Positions 18,584 to 29,122 of a stretch of 64,000 nucleotides of DNA are shown here, one piece after another (positions within the stretch are counted from its first letter, which is position 1; every line of letters starts with the position of its first letter). The DNA lies in NCBI GenBank assembly GCA_947626895.1, contig CANQTY010000002.1, positions 6,318 through 70,317 of the forward strand. The letters are read 5' to 3'. The DNA comes from an uncultured Bacilli bacterium. GTDB lineage: Bacteria > Bacillota_I > Bacilli_A > RFN20 > CAG-449. The notes under the pieces were generated by a model that saw only the letters and a list, made by a program, of their open reading frames with translations, was not told the origin of the DNA and made no database searches. The position numbers and the translations under genes were made by a program.

Positions 18584-18887
18584 AAAATTAAGTTCGTGTA
18601 AGAATCTTTCTTATTACATGAATAATAAAAAAGACCTTTACCACGATTATTGTATGAAATCCAAATGAAATTATCAACTTCTTTTATAAAATTCATGAAT
18701 TTTCTCACTTTTGTCCCATTACACATCTTTATAATCTCTTATAAAACCTTTTAAAATTTTAAAAACTTCTTACAAAAAGAAAAATTATTTTCTATAATTA
18801 CTACATAAATCAAGTCCATTTCAATGTGTTGCTCATGCGTAAGTCCAATTGAAGACTTACGATTTTTTATGAATGGAGATGAATTTA

Positions 18888-20299
18888 TGAAAAACACATT
18901 AGATTTAGAAAAAGATAAAATATCCTTTCTATTAAGAAAGTTTGCTCTTCCTTGCGTTATATCAATGCTTGTAGCAAGTCTATATAATATTGTAGATCAA
19001 ATTTTTATTGGTTGGAGTGAAGCAGGAACAAGTGGAAATGCGGCGACAAATATCGTTTATCCTTTTACCGTTATTGCGCTTGCTTTTGCCTTACTTATTG
19101 GAGATGGTTTTAGTGCTTCTTTTAACTTATTTTTAGGCGCTAAAGAAGAAGATAAGGCAAGTAAAAGTATAGGAAATGGTTTGATTTTATTAATCATTAT
19201 TTCCTTAGTTTTAACTTTGTTTGGTTTTATTTTTCAAGAGCAAATTCTTCTTCTTTTTGGTGCAAATCCTAGTGAAAAAGAATGTTATGAATATGCTAGA
19301 ACTTACTTATTTATCATCTTATGTGGATTACCTTTTTATATGATAGGACAAGGATTAAATGCTTCAATACGTAGTGATGGTAGTCCTTTATATGCGATGA
19401 TTACCACATTTCTTGGCGCTATAATTAATATCATCTTAGATCCTATATTCATCTTTTGCTTTCATTTAAATATTTTAGGAGCAGCTTTAGCGACGATTAT
19501 TTCTCAATTCATTACCTTTATTTTAAGTGTTTTATATTTAAGAAAAGCAAAACATTTTAAAATCGATAAATCCGCGCTTAAATTCAATATCAATATCATT
19601 AAAAAATCCCTATCTTTAGGCTTAGCTTCCTTTATTACTCAAATATCCATTGTGATTATTATTACCGTAGCAAATCAATTAGTAAATCAATATGGTTATC
19701 TAACTTTATCAAGTGATAATACCCCTTATGGAGTGATTACTCCCTTAGCGGTTATTGGTATATCAATGAAAGTATTTGGGATTGTAATTTCTATTGTGAT
19801 TGGTATCTCTTTAGGGGGAATGCCTATTATTGGCTATAATATGGGCGCAAAAAACAAAAAAAGAGTTAAGCAAACAATCAAATATATCTTATTGATTAAT
19901 CTAGTTATTGGAACCGTGTTCTTCCTTCTTTTTGAACTATTCCCAAAAGAAATCATTATGATTTTTGGAAATGTCAATTCTCCTTCTTATCTAGAATATG
20001 CTATTTATTGTATCCGTATCTTTCTAAGGGGAATTATTTTTACCTGTATTACAAAATCATTAGCGATTTTATTACAATCTATGGGTTCAAGTGTAAAATC
20101 CACTTTACTTTCATTTTCGCGAGATGTCGCCTTTTTTGTGCCTTCCATAATCATTATTGCAAGTATTACTTCAAGTGTTATTACAATGCTATATAGTGCT
20201 ATCATTGCAGATCTTTTATCCTTTAGTTTAGGAATGATCCTTTTATTTTTCGAATTAAAAAAGATGAATAAAGAAAATTTAATCCTAAAAAATAGCTAA
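18888..20299 (+). CDS. MATE-family efflux transporter.
   Basis: 12-TM protein. N-terminal LRKFALPCVISMLVASLYNIVDQIFIGW is characteristic of MATE/NorM proteins. Confidence 0.65.
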
Positions 20300-20414
20300 A
20301 TTCACCTTAAATTCTAATAAAAAAAATAATCGACAAGAACGCAAAAAAAAATTGCAATTAACAAAATGAAATGCTATAGTATGAAAGACTCAAGAAGCAA
20401 TGAAGGAGGTAACT

Positions 20415-20615
20415 ATGTCAAGAAAATGTCCATATACTGGAAAACATCCTCGTAGCGGTAACAAGCGTTCCCATTCCTTAATCGCCACAAGAAGAAAATG
20501 GAACGTCAATTTACAACCTTATAAAATGACCACAAGTGATGGTCACGTAAAAAGAATTAAATTATCCGCTCGCGCAATTAAAACATTACGTAAGGCGGAA
20601 AAGAAAGCTGCATAA
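20415..20615 (+). CDS. rpmB: 50S ribosomal protein L28.
   Basis: MSRKCPYTGKHPRSGNKRSHSLIATRRKWNVNLQ matches the L28 consensus. A ribosome-binding site (GGAGG) precedes it. Confidence 0.85.
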   Translation: MSRKCPYTGKHPRSGNKRSHSLIATRRKWNVNLQPYKMTTSDGHVKRIKLSARAIKTLRKAEKKAA

Positions 20616-20616
20616 A

Positions 20617-20640
20617 TTAGGACGTAAGTCCTTTTTTTAT
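20617..20640 (+). terminator. Rho-independent terminator after rpmB.
   Basis: aggacgtaagtcct hairpin followed by a T-run. Confidence 0.5.
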
Positions 20641-20646
20641 TGTCTT

Positions 20647-21300
20647 TTAATGTAGTTCAGAAATGATTCTAAAAACAATAAAACCAATGTCGGTAATAAA
20701 CATCATGCTTAAGAAAAACCATTCTCTTATCGCTAAAACATTATTACCTCGAACATAGCTTATTTTTCCATCGATATTTTTTTCCTCTAATTTTGTCCAA
20801 GTAGATAAATCTTTCATAAATAAGAAGATGAGTTCAATAAGTAAAACTAAAGAAAATAAGATAATTCCTCCGATAAATAAAGTATCGCTACGAACAATAT
20901 AAAATATTCCCCCAAGATTCATTAATAAATGTAAAGAAAGGAAAAAGGAAGTAATCACAATATGTCCTTTTAAGAATGAGGATGGTCGATATATAAATAA
21001 AGGGAAAATTAAAATATCCCCAAGAATACATAAAATTCCAAAGAAATAAGATAAAAAATTAGGCACATGAATACTAGGTTCTAATAAGAAGAAATCGGCA
21101 TGGAAAAAGATTCCTGAAACAATAAATAAAGCAAGCAAAATTCGAAAATATGGAAAAGTTTCTTCTATTTCCATTTCATAAGGAAAATATTTAAAAAAAT
21201 GATATTTTTCTTTTTTATAGGAATGAAAAAATGTGCACCCTAAAATGATGATGAAAATATAAGCTAGTAAATAAATTCCATAAGCGATTAAATAAGACAT
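20647..21300 (-). CDS. Hypothetical polytopic membrane protein.
   Basis: Multiple hydrophobic helices. Start at MSYLIAY lies directly adjacent to the thiN stop. Confidence 0.4.
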   Translation of the reverse strand: MSYLIAYGIYLLAYIFIIILGCTFFHSYKKEKYHFFKYFPYEMEIEETFPYFRILLALFIVSGIFFHADFFLLEPSIHVPNFLSYFFGILCILGDILIFPLFIYRPSSFLKGHIVITSFFLSLHLLMNLGGIFYIVRSDTLFIGGIILFSLVLLIELIFLFMKDLSTWTKLEEKNIDGKISYVRGNNVLAIREWFFLSMMFITDIGFIVFRIISELH

Positions 21301-21301
21301 T

Positions 21302-21928
21302 TTATTCCTCTTGATCTTTGGATAAGACAAGCAATACACTTCCCTTATGGACGATAAATAATGAAGCTTTTGTTTTCATTACATTACTAATCGCTTTTAC
21401 TTCACAAAAATTTAACTTTAATTTATGCACAGGATATTTGGTATTTTCCATAGTAACAACTGCGCTTGGGAAACCAAAAAGTCCAACATACGTATAATCA
21501 TCTTGCATAACGACATGACTACCCTTTTCAAAATATAATAAGCGATTTTGGGCATCTTCTATTTGAAGATGTATTTTATGATATTTTTTTAAAAGTAATA
21601 AAAGCGCGTGTGAGTGATCATATCGACCATGTAAAGAGGCTAAAATCACTACATCATTATAGCCAAAACGATCCAGAGCAAACATCAAAGCCCCTTCCGT
21701 ATCGGATTCATCTTTATCTTGCGATAAAGTGATGATATTTTTTTCATTCATGCGACTTAATAAAAAACGTTTTTGATACGAATCAAAATCTCCGATGGCA
21801 TAAAGAGGGGTAAGTTTTTCATTTAAGATTAAATCCGCGCCTTTTTCTACCCCAATCATTGGGTAAGTAGCATATTGACGAATTAAATTTTTATCCGCGG
21901 AAGGAGTTACAATAATGACTTTAGACAT
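21302..21928 (-). CDS. thiN: Thiamine pyrophosphokinase.
   Basis: LYAIGDFDS motif. Conserved rsgA-rpe-thiN arrangement. Confidence 0.75.
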   Translation of the reverse strand: MSKVIIVTPSADKNLIRQYATYPMIGVEKGADLILNEKLTPLYAIGDFDSYQKRFLLSRMNEKNIITLSQDKDESDTEGALMFALDRFGYNDVVILASLHGRYDHSHALLLLLKKYHKIHLQIEDAQNRLLYFEKGSHVVMQDDYTYVGLFGFPSAVVTMENTKYPVHKLKLNFCEVKAISNVMKTKASLFIVHKGSVLLVLSKDQEE

Positions 21929-22571
21929 GTTTCATCCTTTCTATTTTTCTTTTCATATCTCCTTTAAATAGATAGCTTCCCGAAACGAAAATATCGACTC
22001 CTTTATTTTTTAATTCATCCATATTCGTTTCATCGACTCCCCCATCAACTTCTAGAAGATATGAAAGATGATTTTCTTTTCTATATTGATTTAACATTTC
22101 AATTCTTTGATAAGTAGATTCATAAAATTTTTGTCCTGAAAATCCAGGCATAACAGACATCACTAAGACTACATCACAATATGGTAAATAAGGATATATA
22201 TTCTCTAAAGGGGTGTTAGGTCTAAGTGATAAACCAACTAAAACACGATGACTTTTTAATTTTTCATGATAAGACATAAATTCATTTAATGAGACGACTT
22301 CTTGATGAATCGTTAAAATATCACTACCTGAGAGGATAAATTCATCGACATATTTTAAAGGTTCATCAAGCATCAAATGGACATCTAAAGGAAGAGATGA
22401 TATTGCTTTTATTTGTTTAACAAAACTAGGACCAAAGGCGATATTATCTACAAAATGACCATCCATACAATCAATATGAATATAATCTGCTTTAGCTTTG
22501 GAAAGTAAAGCTAAATCTTTTTGAAGATTTACTAAATTCGCGGATAATATGGAAGGAGATACATAAATCAT
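21921..22571 (-). CDS. rpe: Ribulose-phosphate 3-epimerase.
   Basis: SPSILSANL…DCMDGHFVDNIAFGP…MSVMPGFSGQKF. Confidence 0.85.
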   Translation of the reverse strand: MIYVSPSILSANLVNLQKDLALLSKAKADYIHIDCMDGHFVDNIAFGPSFVKQIKAISSLPLDVHLMLDEPLKYVDEFILSGSDILTIHQEVVSLNEFMSYHEKLKSHRVLVGLSLRPNTPLENIYPYLPYCDVVLVMSVMPGFSGQKFYESTYQRIEMLNQYRKENHLSYLLEVDGGVDETNMDELKNKGVDIFVSGSYLFKGDMKRKIERMKHV

Positions 22572-23419
22572 TTAAAACGATCCTTTCTATAGGGAAGTCC
22601 ATTTAATAATTTTAAATAGATTTCATAATCAATGGGATTAATTTTTCCCTCATTCATTGCTTTTATTATAGCACAATTTTTCTCTTTTCCGTGCAAACAA
22701 TCATGAAAATAACAATCTTGAACATAATTTTTAAAACCAGGATAAAAACGCGCTAAATCCTCTTTAAAATAAGATAATTCGACACTAGAAAAGCCTGGTG
22801 TGTCACATAAAAAGCCGTTTTCAAAAGGAATTAAAATATTTTTTGTGGTCGTATGTTTTCCTCTTCCTAAGGCTTTAGAAATAGAAGAAGTTTCTAATTT
22901 TGCAGAAGGAATCAATTGATTAATAATTGTCGATTTACCTACGCCTGTTTGACCTAAAAAAGCAATGGTACCATTTAATTTTGATAATAATTCTTGATTA
23001 TCTTCATATTTAGAAAATAAATAACAAGGATATCCTAATTTTTTATAGTCATCGATTAATTCAAAAGGTAAATCACTTACTAAATCAACTTTTGTAAAAA
23101 TTAAAGATATTTCTAAATCATAAGGAGCTAAAAAAGATAAGAAAATATTTAATAATTCTCTAGAAAAATCTGGTTCTTTTAATGAAGAAACGACAAAAGC
23201 TTTATCTAAATTCGCCAAAGTAGGTCTTAAAAGATAATTTTTTCTTGGTAAAATTTCTAAAATCACTTTCTTTTCTTCATCAAAAGTGACATCATCTCCG
23301 ACCGCGGGTTTGATACCTATTTTTTTAAAAAGCCCTTTTGGAGTACAAAAGATGCTTTTCTTTTCATAATAGATTTCCCCTAGATCTCCAAGGTAAGATA
23401 TAATTTTTCCTTTAATCAT
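22568..23419 (-). CDS. rsgA: Ribosome small-subunit-dependent GTPase A.
   Basis: AFLGQTGVGKSTIINQL P-loop, circularly permuted GTPase, C-terminal zinc-ribbon cysteines. Confidence 0.85.
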   Translation of the reverse strand: MIKGKIISYLGDLGEIYYEKKSIFCTPKGLFKKIGIKPAVGDDVTFDEEKKVILEILPRKNYLLRPTLANLDKAFVVSSLKEPDFSRELLNIFLSFLAPYDLEISLIFTKVDLVSDLPFELIDDYKKLGYPCYLFSKYEDNQELLSKLNGTIAFLGQTGVGKSTIINQLIPSAKLETSSISKALGRGKHTTTKNILIPFENGFLCDTPGFSSVELSYFKEDLARFYPGFKNYVQDCYFHDCLHGKEKNCAIIKAMNEGKINPIDYEIYLKLLNGLPYRKDRFK

Positions 23420-24309
23420 TATTTTTTCCTAGAAAATAATCTTTCAAAAATCGATCTTTTACGAATTAAAGATGGATCTTGACGGATACGATCTAAATCT
23501 TTACGCATATCAAAAGCCGTCTGATAACGCTTAGATAAATCTCTAGCACAAGCTTTCTGAATAATGCGGTCGATGATTTTAGGGGTTTTTGAATTAAATT
23601 TTTTTGCCGATGGAAATTTATCATTCGCGTGCTTCCAGGCGACTGTATAAGCATTTTCATCATCAAAAGGGACTCTTCCTGTAATCATTTCAAAAAAGGT
23701 TACCCCAAGAGCATAAATATCCGATTGAGGTGTAGCTTGTCCCCCTTTATAAATTTCTGGAGCAAGATAATGAACAGAACCTACGACCACTTCAGAACGG
23801 GTTAATCTTGCCGACGGATTTTGGAAAGTAGCAATACCAAAATCCCCGAGTTTTACGGTTCCATCTGGAGTAATAAACACATTTTGGGGTTTGATATCGC
23901 GATGAATTACACTATGACGATGGGCATCCATCACCGCGGAAGTAAGCCAATACATATCTTCGACAGCCTCTAAAAAGCCAAGTTTTCCCATGGCAGAAAT
24001 TCTTTCTTTTAACGTTTGTCCTACCACAAGTTCATTGACCATATAGGGTCTTCCCTTATGGGTGCCTAAATTGATGACACGGACAATATTTGGGCTAGAT
24101 AAACTAGCCGCGGCTCGAGCCTCACGTTCAAAACGAGTTAAATTTAAGGGATTTTTCATCGTCTCTTCGCGCATGATTTTAATAGCAACATTCTTTTTAT
24201 TAAACATATCATAAGCTTCATAGACGATAGCCATTCCACCTTCACCGATATTTTTTGTAATTCTATAACGATCATCAAAAATATCACCAGGATTAATTTC
24301 GTTACTCAT
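23419..24309 (-). CDS. prkC: Ser/Thr protein kinase, catalytic domain only (no TM segment or PASTA repeats).
   Basis: HRDIKPQNVFI, DFG and APE motifs. 296 aa in total, located in the prpC-prkC operon position. Confidence 0.75.
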   Translation of the reverse strand: MSNEINPGDIFDDRYRITKNIGEGGMAIVYEAYDMFNKKNVAIKIMREETMKNPLNLTRFEREARAAASLSSPNIVRVINLGTHKGRPYMVNELVVGQTLKERISAMGKLGFLEAVEDMYWLTSAVMDAHRHSVIHRDIKPQNVFITPDGTVKLGDFGIATFQNPSARLTRSEVVVGSVHYLAPEIYKGGQATPQSDIYALGVTFFEMITGRVPFDDENAYTVAWKHANDKFPSAKKFNSKTPKIIDRIIQKACARDLSKRYQTAFDMRKDLDRIRQDPSLIRKRSIFERLFSRKK

Positions 24310-25049
24310 TTTTTCACCTCACATAATAAAATTCCAATATTATCTTTTCCCCCATTTTTATTGGCTAAATCAATGCATTCTTGAATCTTTTCCTCTAAGG
24401 GGAGATCTTTTTTTAAGATATTTTCTAATTCTATATCACTTACCATTGTATATAATCCATCAGAACATAAAAGGAGAGCATCATAATCTTCTTTATATAA
24501 TGTTGTCGTGATAGATAATTTAGGATAAACTCCAAGAGCATTTGTTAAAACATTTCTCTTTTCATGATATAAAACTTCTTCTTTTTTAATTTTTCCTACT
24601 TGATATAAAAAATTAGCATATGTTTCATCTTCTGTTACTTGAATGAGTTTTTGATCCTTAAAGACATAACCTCTTGAATCTCCGACATTCATAAATAACG
24701 TCTTATCATTAGAAATTAATACCCCAACACAAGTAGTACCCATTCCCTTCATTGAAGGGGTTTTAGAAGCGATGCTATTGACGTGTTCATTCGCATTTTT
24801 TACGGCATTACTTAACCAATGTTTCATTAAAAAGACATTATTAAATGTCGTATTTCTTTTCATGAATTCCTGTTTTATATATTCTAAAGCAAGTTTACTA
24901 GCAACATCGCCTTTTTGATGACCTCCCATGCCATCTAATAAAAGAAAAAGAAGATCTCCAGCATGATTCATAAATGCTGAGACATTATCTTCATTAATTT
25001 TTCTAATTCTTCCTATATCTACTTTATATGCATATCGATATACTTTCAT
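24306..25049 (-). CDS. prpC: PP2C-family Ser/Thr phosphatase.
   Basis: PP2C motifs (LLDGMGGH, DGLY) and an ATGA overlap with prkC. Confidence 0.8.
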   Translation of the reverse strand: MKVYRYAYKVDIGRIRKINEDNVSAFMNHAGDLLFLLLDGMGGHQKGDVASKLALEYIKQEFMKRNTTFNNVFLMKHWLSNAVKNANEHVNSIASKTPSMKGMGTTCVGVLISNDKTLFMNVGDSRGYVFKDQKLIQVTEDETYANFLYQVGKIKKEEVLYHEKRNVLTNALGVYPKLSITTTLYKEDYDALLLCSDGLYTMVSDIELENILKKDLPLEEKIQECIDLANKNGGKDNIGILLCEVKK

Positions 25050-26092
25050 TGAGGCTTCCCTTCATGTTTTGCTCTTAATTGACCACATGCCGCGTCAATA
25101 TCACTACCAAATTCTTTGCGAATCGTGACATTTACGCCTTTTTTTATGAGTCGATCTTGAAAAGCTTTTACCGTTTCATGACTCGCACGACGATAAGAGT
25201 TTTCTATGACTTCATTATAAGGAATTAAATTGACATATGCAAATGTTGGTGCTATTAAGTTTGCAAGTTCATCTGCACATTCTAAAGAATCATTCACTCC
25301 TTTTAATAAAATATATTCATAAGTGACTCTTCTTCCCGAACTTTCAATATAATCTTTCACCGCGGGAATTAATGTTTCTAAAGGATAAGCCTTATTGATT
25401 TTCATCAGTTTTGATCTTAATTCATTGTTGGGCGCATGAAGGGAAATAGCTAAATTAATTTGTAATCCTTCTTTTCCATATTGACGAATTTTATCAGGAA
25501 TTCCACAGGTAGAAACAGTGATATGACGGGCACCAATGGCTAAAGCTTTTTGATCATTAATGATTCTAACAAAAGAAATGACATTATCATAATTATCAAA
25601 AGGCTCTCCTGTACCCATCACTACGACATGAGTGACTTTTTCACCTTTTCCTTCTTCTTTAAGAAGATTATTCATCACTAAAATTTGCCCAACCATTTCA
25701 TGAGTTTCTAGATTTCTTACCTTTTTTAATAGACCAGAAGCACAAAATGAACATGCCATATTACATCCCACTTGGGAAGTAACACAACAGACATTTCCAT
25801 AGCTATAACGCATTAGGACTGTTTCTACTTTTGCTCCATCTTCCATTTCTAAAAGGAGTTTCATTGTGCCATCAGTAGAATCTTGTCTTAAAAAGACTTT
25901 TGGTAAAGTTAAAGAATATCTTTCTTTTAAGACATCACGAAAAGAAAGCGAAATGTCACTCATTTCCGAGAATGATTTCGCTTCTTTTTCATATATCCAT
26001 TGAAATAGTTGTTTTGCGCGATATGGCTTTTGATTTAACTCAACCATTTCATTTTCTAATTGTGTAAGAGTATAGTTATATAAATTCATCAT
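25046..26092 (-). CDS. rlmN: 23S rRNA/tRNA m2A methyltransferase RlmN (radical SAM).
   Basis: CVTSQVGCNMACSFCASG radical-SAM cysteine cluster in the RlmN arrangement. Confidence 0.85.
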   Translation of the reverse strand: MMNLYNYTLTQLENEMVELNQKPYRAKQLFQWIYEKEAKSFSEMSDISLSFRDVLKERYSLTLPKVFLRQDSTDGTMKLLLEMEDGAKVETVLMRYSYGNVCCVTSQVGCNMACSFCASGLLKKVRNLETHEMVGQILVMNNLLKEEGKGEKVTHVVVMGTGEPFDNYDNVISFVRIINDQKALAIGARHITVSTCGIPDKIRQYGKEGLQINLAISLHAPNNELRSKLMKINKAYPLETLIPAVKDYIESSGRRVTYEYILLKGVNDSLECADELANLIAPTFAYVNLIPYNEVIENSYRRASHETVKAFQDRLIKKGVNVTIRKEFGSDIDAACGQLRAKHEGKPQ

Positions 26093-26093
26093 G

Positions 26094-27380
26094 TTATTTT
26101 ATAGTTCGTTGAAGTTTCGCATAGTAAAATCCATCACATGGTCCTTCAAAGGGGAAATATTGTCTTTGTTCAAGTAAGCTAAAGTCACTATGTTCTTTTA
26201 AGAAATCCGTAATTATCGCTTCGCTTTCTTTCTTATTTAAAGTAAAGACACTATAAATTAAGATTCCTTCATCTTTTACAGTCGCCGCGGCTTCATTTAA
26301 ATACTCTTTTTCACTAGCTAAGATTTCATCTAAATCTTGTCTTCTAAGCGTTAATAAGATATCAGGATGTTTTCTAATTAACCCAATTTTTGAAGAATCT
26401 GGAATTAATAATACCTTATCTTTTGATTTAGGTGCGACATGAGTAATTAATAAATTCGGACGATCAAGAGCAAAGACATCCATCGATTTCACTTGGAAAC
26501 GATGTGCCAAGTTGCGGATTTGTTCGACATTTAAAACATTATTTGTTGCAACACTTACTTTTGCTAAATCATGAACTTTTAAAGTTGCATCTAAAGCACA
26601 AATTCCTTTTGAATCATCAATAAATAGCATTTCTTCACCTTGAGAAGGTTCAAGTTTATCTACAAGGAATTGTAACGCTTCATCTTCCACGAAGATTTTA
26701 TTGGATTTAAAAGTAGGATTTGTAATAATCTTTTCTTTTCCTAAATAGTTATAAGCATAATCTGTAAAAGTCGATTTCGTAAATAAATCAGGATCTAAAG
26801 TTTCATTTTTAAACTTCATGGGGTTAATATTAACTACAATCGGCATACTATGTCTAGAGGATGCACAACTGCGGTACGTATTTTTAACACCAAAATGCTT
26901 AAATAACATCTTGACCATCCATTCAGGATAAGAATATTTCATGGAAATCTTCTTTGATAAAACAGAATCGACTTTTTCAGGCAATTCCATAGGATGATCC
27001 CCAATAGAAGTATATAAATCACGAATTTGATCTAAACTGATTTTTAAAGGCAGATAATTATAATCTTCCTTAAAAAATTCCATGACCATATCTAAATTCA
27101 CATCTTTTACATAATGAATTAAAGCTAAACCAAGGATTAAAACATTTGTTTCTTCTGGTTCAAGTTCCATATCTACAATCCCTTTTCTTACTTCATAACG
27201 TAAAAAGTAATATTTATTGACCGTAGATTTTAACATATCCCTGATCATGGTCACTTCTTCACTTGAATAAGCGTTTGATGCCTTTAATTCTGGTAATGAA
27301 CGATTCATCACCGTGACAAAACTTTCCTCCTTATTCATAATTTTAGTAAAATAAGTATAAGCTTGTTCTAAAATAGCCAT
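26094..27380 (-). CDS. RsmB/Sun-family homolog that appears catalytically inactive (SAM motif and both catalytic cysteines substituted).
   Basis: In the rsmB position upstream of rlmN. The C-terminal GPCDGFYYAKLQR is conserved with RsmB, but CAAPGGK→SKGICALDA, DAPCS→IPDSS and TCS→FTL. Confidence 0.55.
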   Translation of the reverse strand: MAILEQAYTYFTKIMNKEESFVTVMNRSLPELKASNAYSSEEVTMIRDMLKSTVNKYYFLRYEVRKGIVDMELEPEETNVLILGLALIHYVKDVNLDMVMEFFKEDYNYLPLKISLDQIRDLYTSIGDHPMELPEKVDSVLSKKISMKYSYPEWMVKMLFKHFGVKNTYRSCASSRHSMPIVVNINPMKFKNETLDPDLFTKSTFTDYAYNYLGKEKIITNPTFKSNKIFVEDEALQFLVDKLEPSQGEEMLFIDDSKGICALDATLKVHDLAKVSVATNNVLNVEQIRNLAHRFQVKSMDVFALDRPNLLITHVAPKSKDKVLLIPDSSKIGLIRKHPDILLTLRRQDLDEILASEKEYLNEAAATVKDEGILIYSVFTLNKKESEAIITDFLKEHSDFSLLEQRQYFPFEGPCDGFYYAKLQRTIK

Positions 27381-27469
27381 AATATCACCTCACTTTAATG
27401 ATAATCGTATCCTTTAGATTCGGATTTTTCCTTTCTAACTAGCTAATAAGAAATGAAAAGAGAGTTAGA

Positions 27470-28027
27470 TTAAGAATCATGGTGATGATGACATGAACAT
27501 TCTTCATCATGACATTCACATTCTTCATCATGACATTCACATTCTTCGTGATGCTCATGATTTTTATCAAGTTTTGCTTCTTGAGCTTTTACTTGTCGAT
27601 CAAATTCCTCGAAGATATTTCCTGTATAGATATCCTCTTCTTCATCTTCAAAAGATGAATCTTCGACATTAACAAGATTTGATTCATTTAAATATAAGGG
27701 ATAATCTTCATTAATGCGTTCATAAAGATGATTGGATTCAAAATAAAGGAAATAAACACGAACATGAACACTATAGTTTTCTAAATACTTTAGTAAGAAT
27801 TTAGCAACATTCTTTTCTAAAGAACAATATTTATGTTCGGCTTCAACACGAACAAGTAAATGATAAGAGGTTTGCTCTACTCCTCCGTGATAAAGGAAAG
27901 ATTCATGTGCACTAACAATGATTTCATCTTCATCCACTTCATAGAGTTTAGCAAGTTGAGATAGCATGCCTTTTTCAATCTCTGAAGCGAGATAAATATC
28001 TTGACCAATTAATGTAACGTTAATCAT
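27470..28027 (-). CDS. Hypothetical protein with a C-terminal His/Cys-rich tandem repeat (HDEECECHDEECECHDEECSCHHHH). Putative metal-binding protein.
   Basis: 185 aa. Acidic middle region. The terminal 30 aa contain 10 His and 6 Cys arranged in CECHDEE repeats. Confidence 0.5.
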   Translation of the reverse strand: MINVTLIGQDIYLASEIEKGMLSQLAKLYEVDEDEIIVSAHESFLYHGGVEQTSYHLLVRVEAEHKYCSLEKNVAKFLLKYLENYSVHVRVYFLYFESNHLYERINEDYPLYLNESNLVNVEDSSFEDEEEDIYTGNIFEEFDRQVKAQEAKLDKNHEHHEECECHDEECECHDEECSCHHHHDS

Positions 28028-28118
28028 AAAGTTTCTCCCCTATCGAATAAAAGTAGATACATGTAATTATCACACATTTACAAAAAAATTGCAAATATTA
28101 TGATGTTTTTTTGAAGGA

Positions 28119-28142
28119 AAAGACCGTCAAGGGACGGTCTTA
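28119..28142 (-). terminator. Probable terminator downstream of the SDR gene.
   Basis: Perfect 9-bp stem aagaccgtc/gacggtctt with loop aagg. The minus-strand tail is UUCCUUC. Confidence 0.45.
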
Positions 28143-28152
28143 GTTTACGTGA

Positions 28153-28953
28153 TTAATCAGGTTGCTTTCCAATATAAGCAAGGATACCACCATCAACATA
28201 AAGAATATGACCGTTGATGAAGTTCGATGCATCGGACGCTAAGAAGACTGCTGGACCTTGTAAATCTTCAACTTTTCCCCATCTTTCTGCAGGAGTTTTG
28301 GCAACGATGAAGGCATCAAATGGATGTCTAGAACCATCGGCTTGTCTTTCTCTTAATGGTGCCGTCTGAGGTGTTTCAATATAACCAGGACCAATACCAT
28401 TACATTGAATATTGTATTTACCATATTCAGAAGCGATGTTTCTTGTTAACATCTTAAGTCCACCTTTTGCCGCGGCATACGCGGAAACGGTTTCTCTACC
28501 AAGTTCAGACATCATAGAACAAATGTTGATGATTTTACCATGACCTTTTTTAATCATTCCTGGTAAACAAGCCTTTGCCATGATAAATGGACCATTCAAA
28601 TCGATATCGACGACTTGTCTAAAGTCTTTTGCAGACATTTCAAGCATTGGGATTCTTTTGATAATACCAGCGTTATTTACTAAAATATCTACTGTACCAA
28701 CTTCTTTTTCAATCGTAGCAATCAGCTTTGTAACAGCTTCTTCATCGGTAACATCGCAAATATATCCGTGTGCGTCAATTCCTAACTTCTTATATTCTGC
28801 GACACTTTTTTCGATGAGTTCTGGGTTACGATCATTAAAGACAATTTTCGCACCTGCTTCAGCAAGTGCAGTAGCAATTCCAAAGCCAATTCCATAAGAA
28901 CCGCCTGTAACAAGGGCAACTCGCCCATCTAATCGGAAATCATTCATTTTCAT
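28153..28953 (-). CDS. SDR-family oxidoreductase (gluconate 5-dehydrogenase / KduD-like).
   Basis: VALVTGGSYGIGFGIA Rossmann motif, S…YxxxK catalytic residues (YAAAKGG) and PGYIETP. Confidence 0.7.
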   Translation of the reverse strand: MKMNDFRLDGRVALVTGGSYGIGFGIATALAEAGAKIVFNDRNPELIEKSVAEYKKLGIDAHGYICDVTDEEAVTKLIATIEKEVGTVDILVNNAGIIKRIPMLEMSAKDFRQVVDIDLNGPFIMAKACLPGMIKKGHGKIINICSMMSELGRETVSAYAAAKGGLKMLTRNIASEYGKYNIQCNGIGPGYIETPQTAPLRERQADGSRHPFDAFIVAKTPAERWGKVEDLQGPAVFLASDASNFINGHILYVDGGILAYIGKQPD

Positions 28954-29122
28954 AGTTAACTATTTCTCCTTTTCCACAAAATCATTTTAGCATTTTCTTA
29001 AAAAAGTCAATAACTTTTTTGCTTAGCCTATGTAAATTTGTATCCGAGCATAAACAAATCTCATCTTGTATGTTTATCAAAAAGTCGATAAAATAATTTT
29101 AGAAAGAAAGGAAGAAGTCCAA

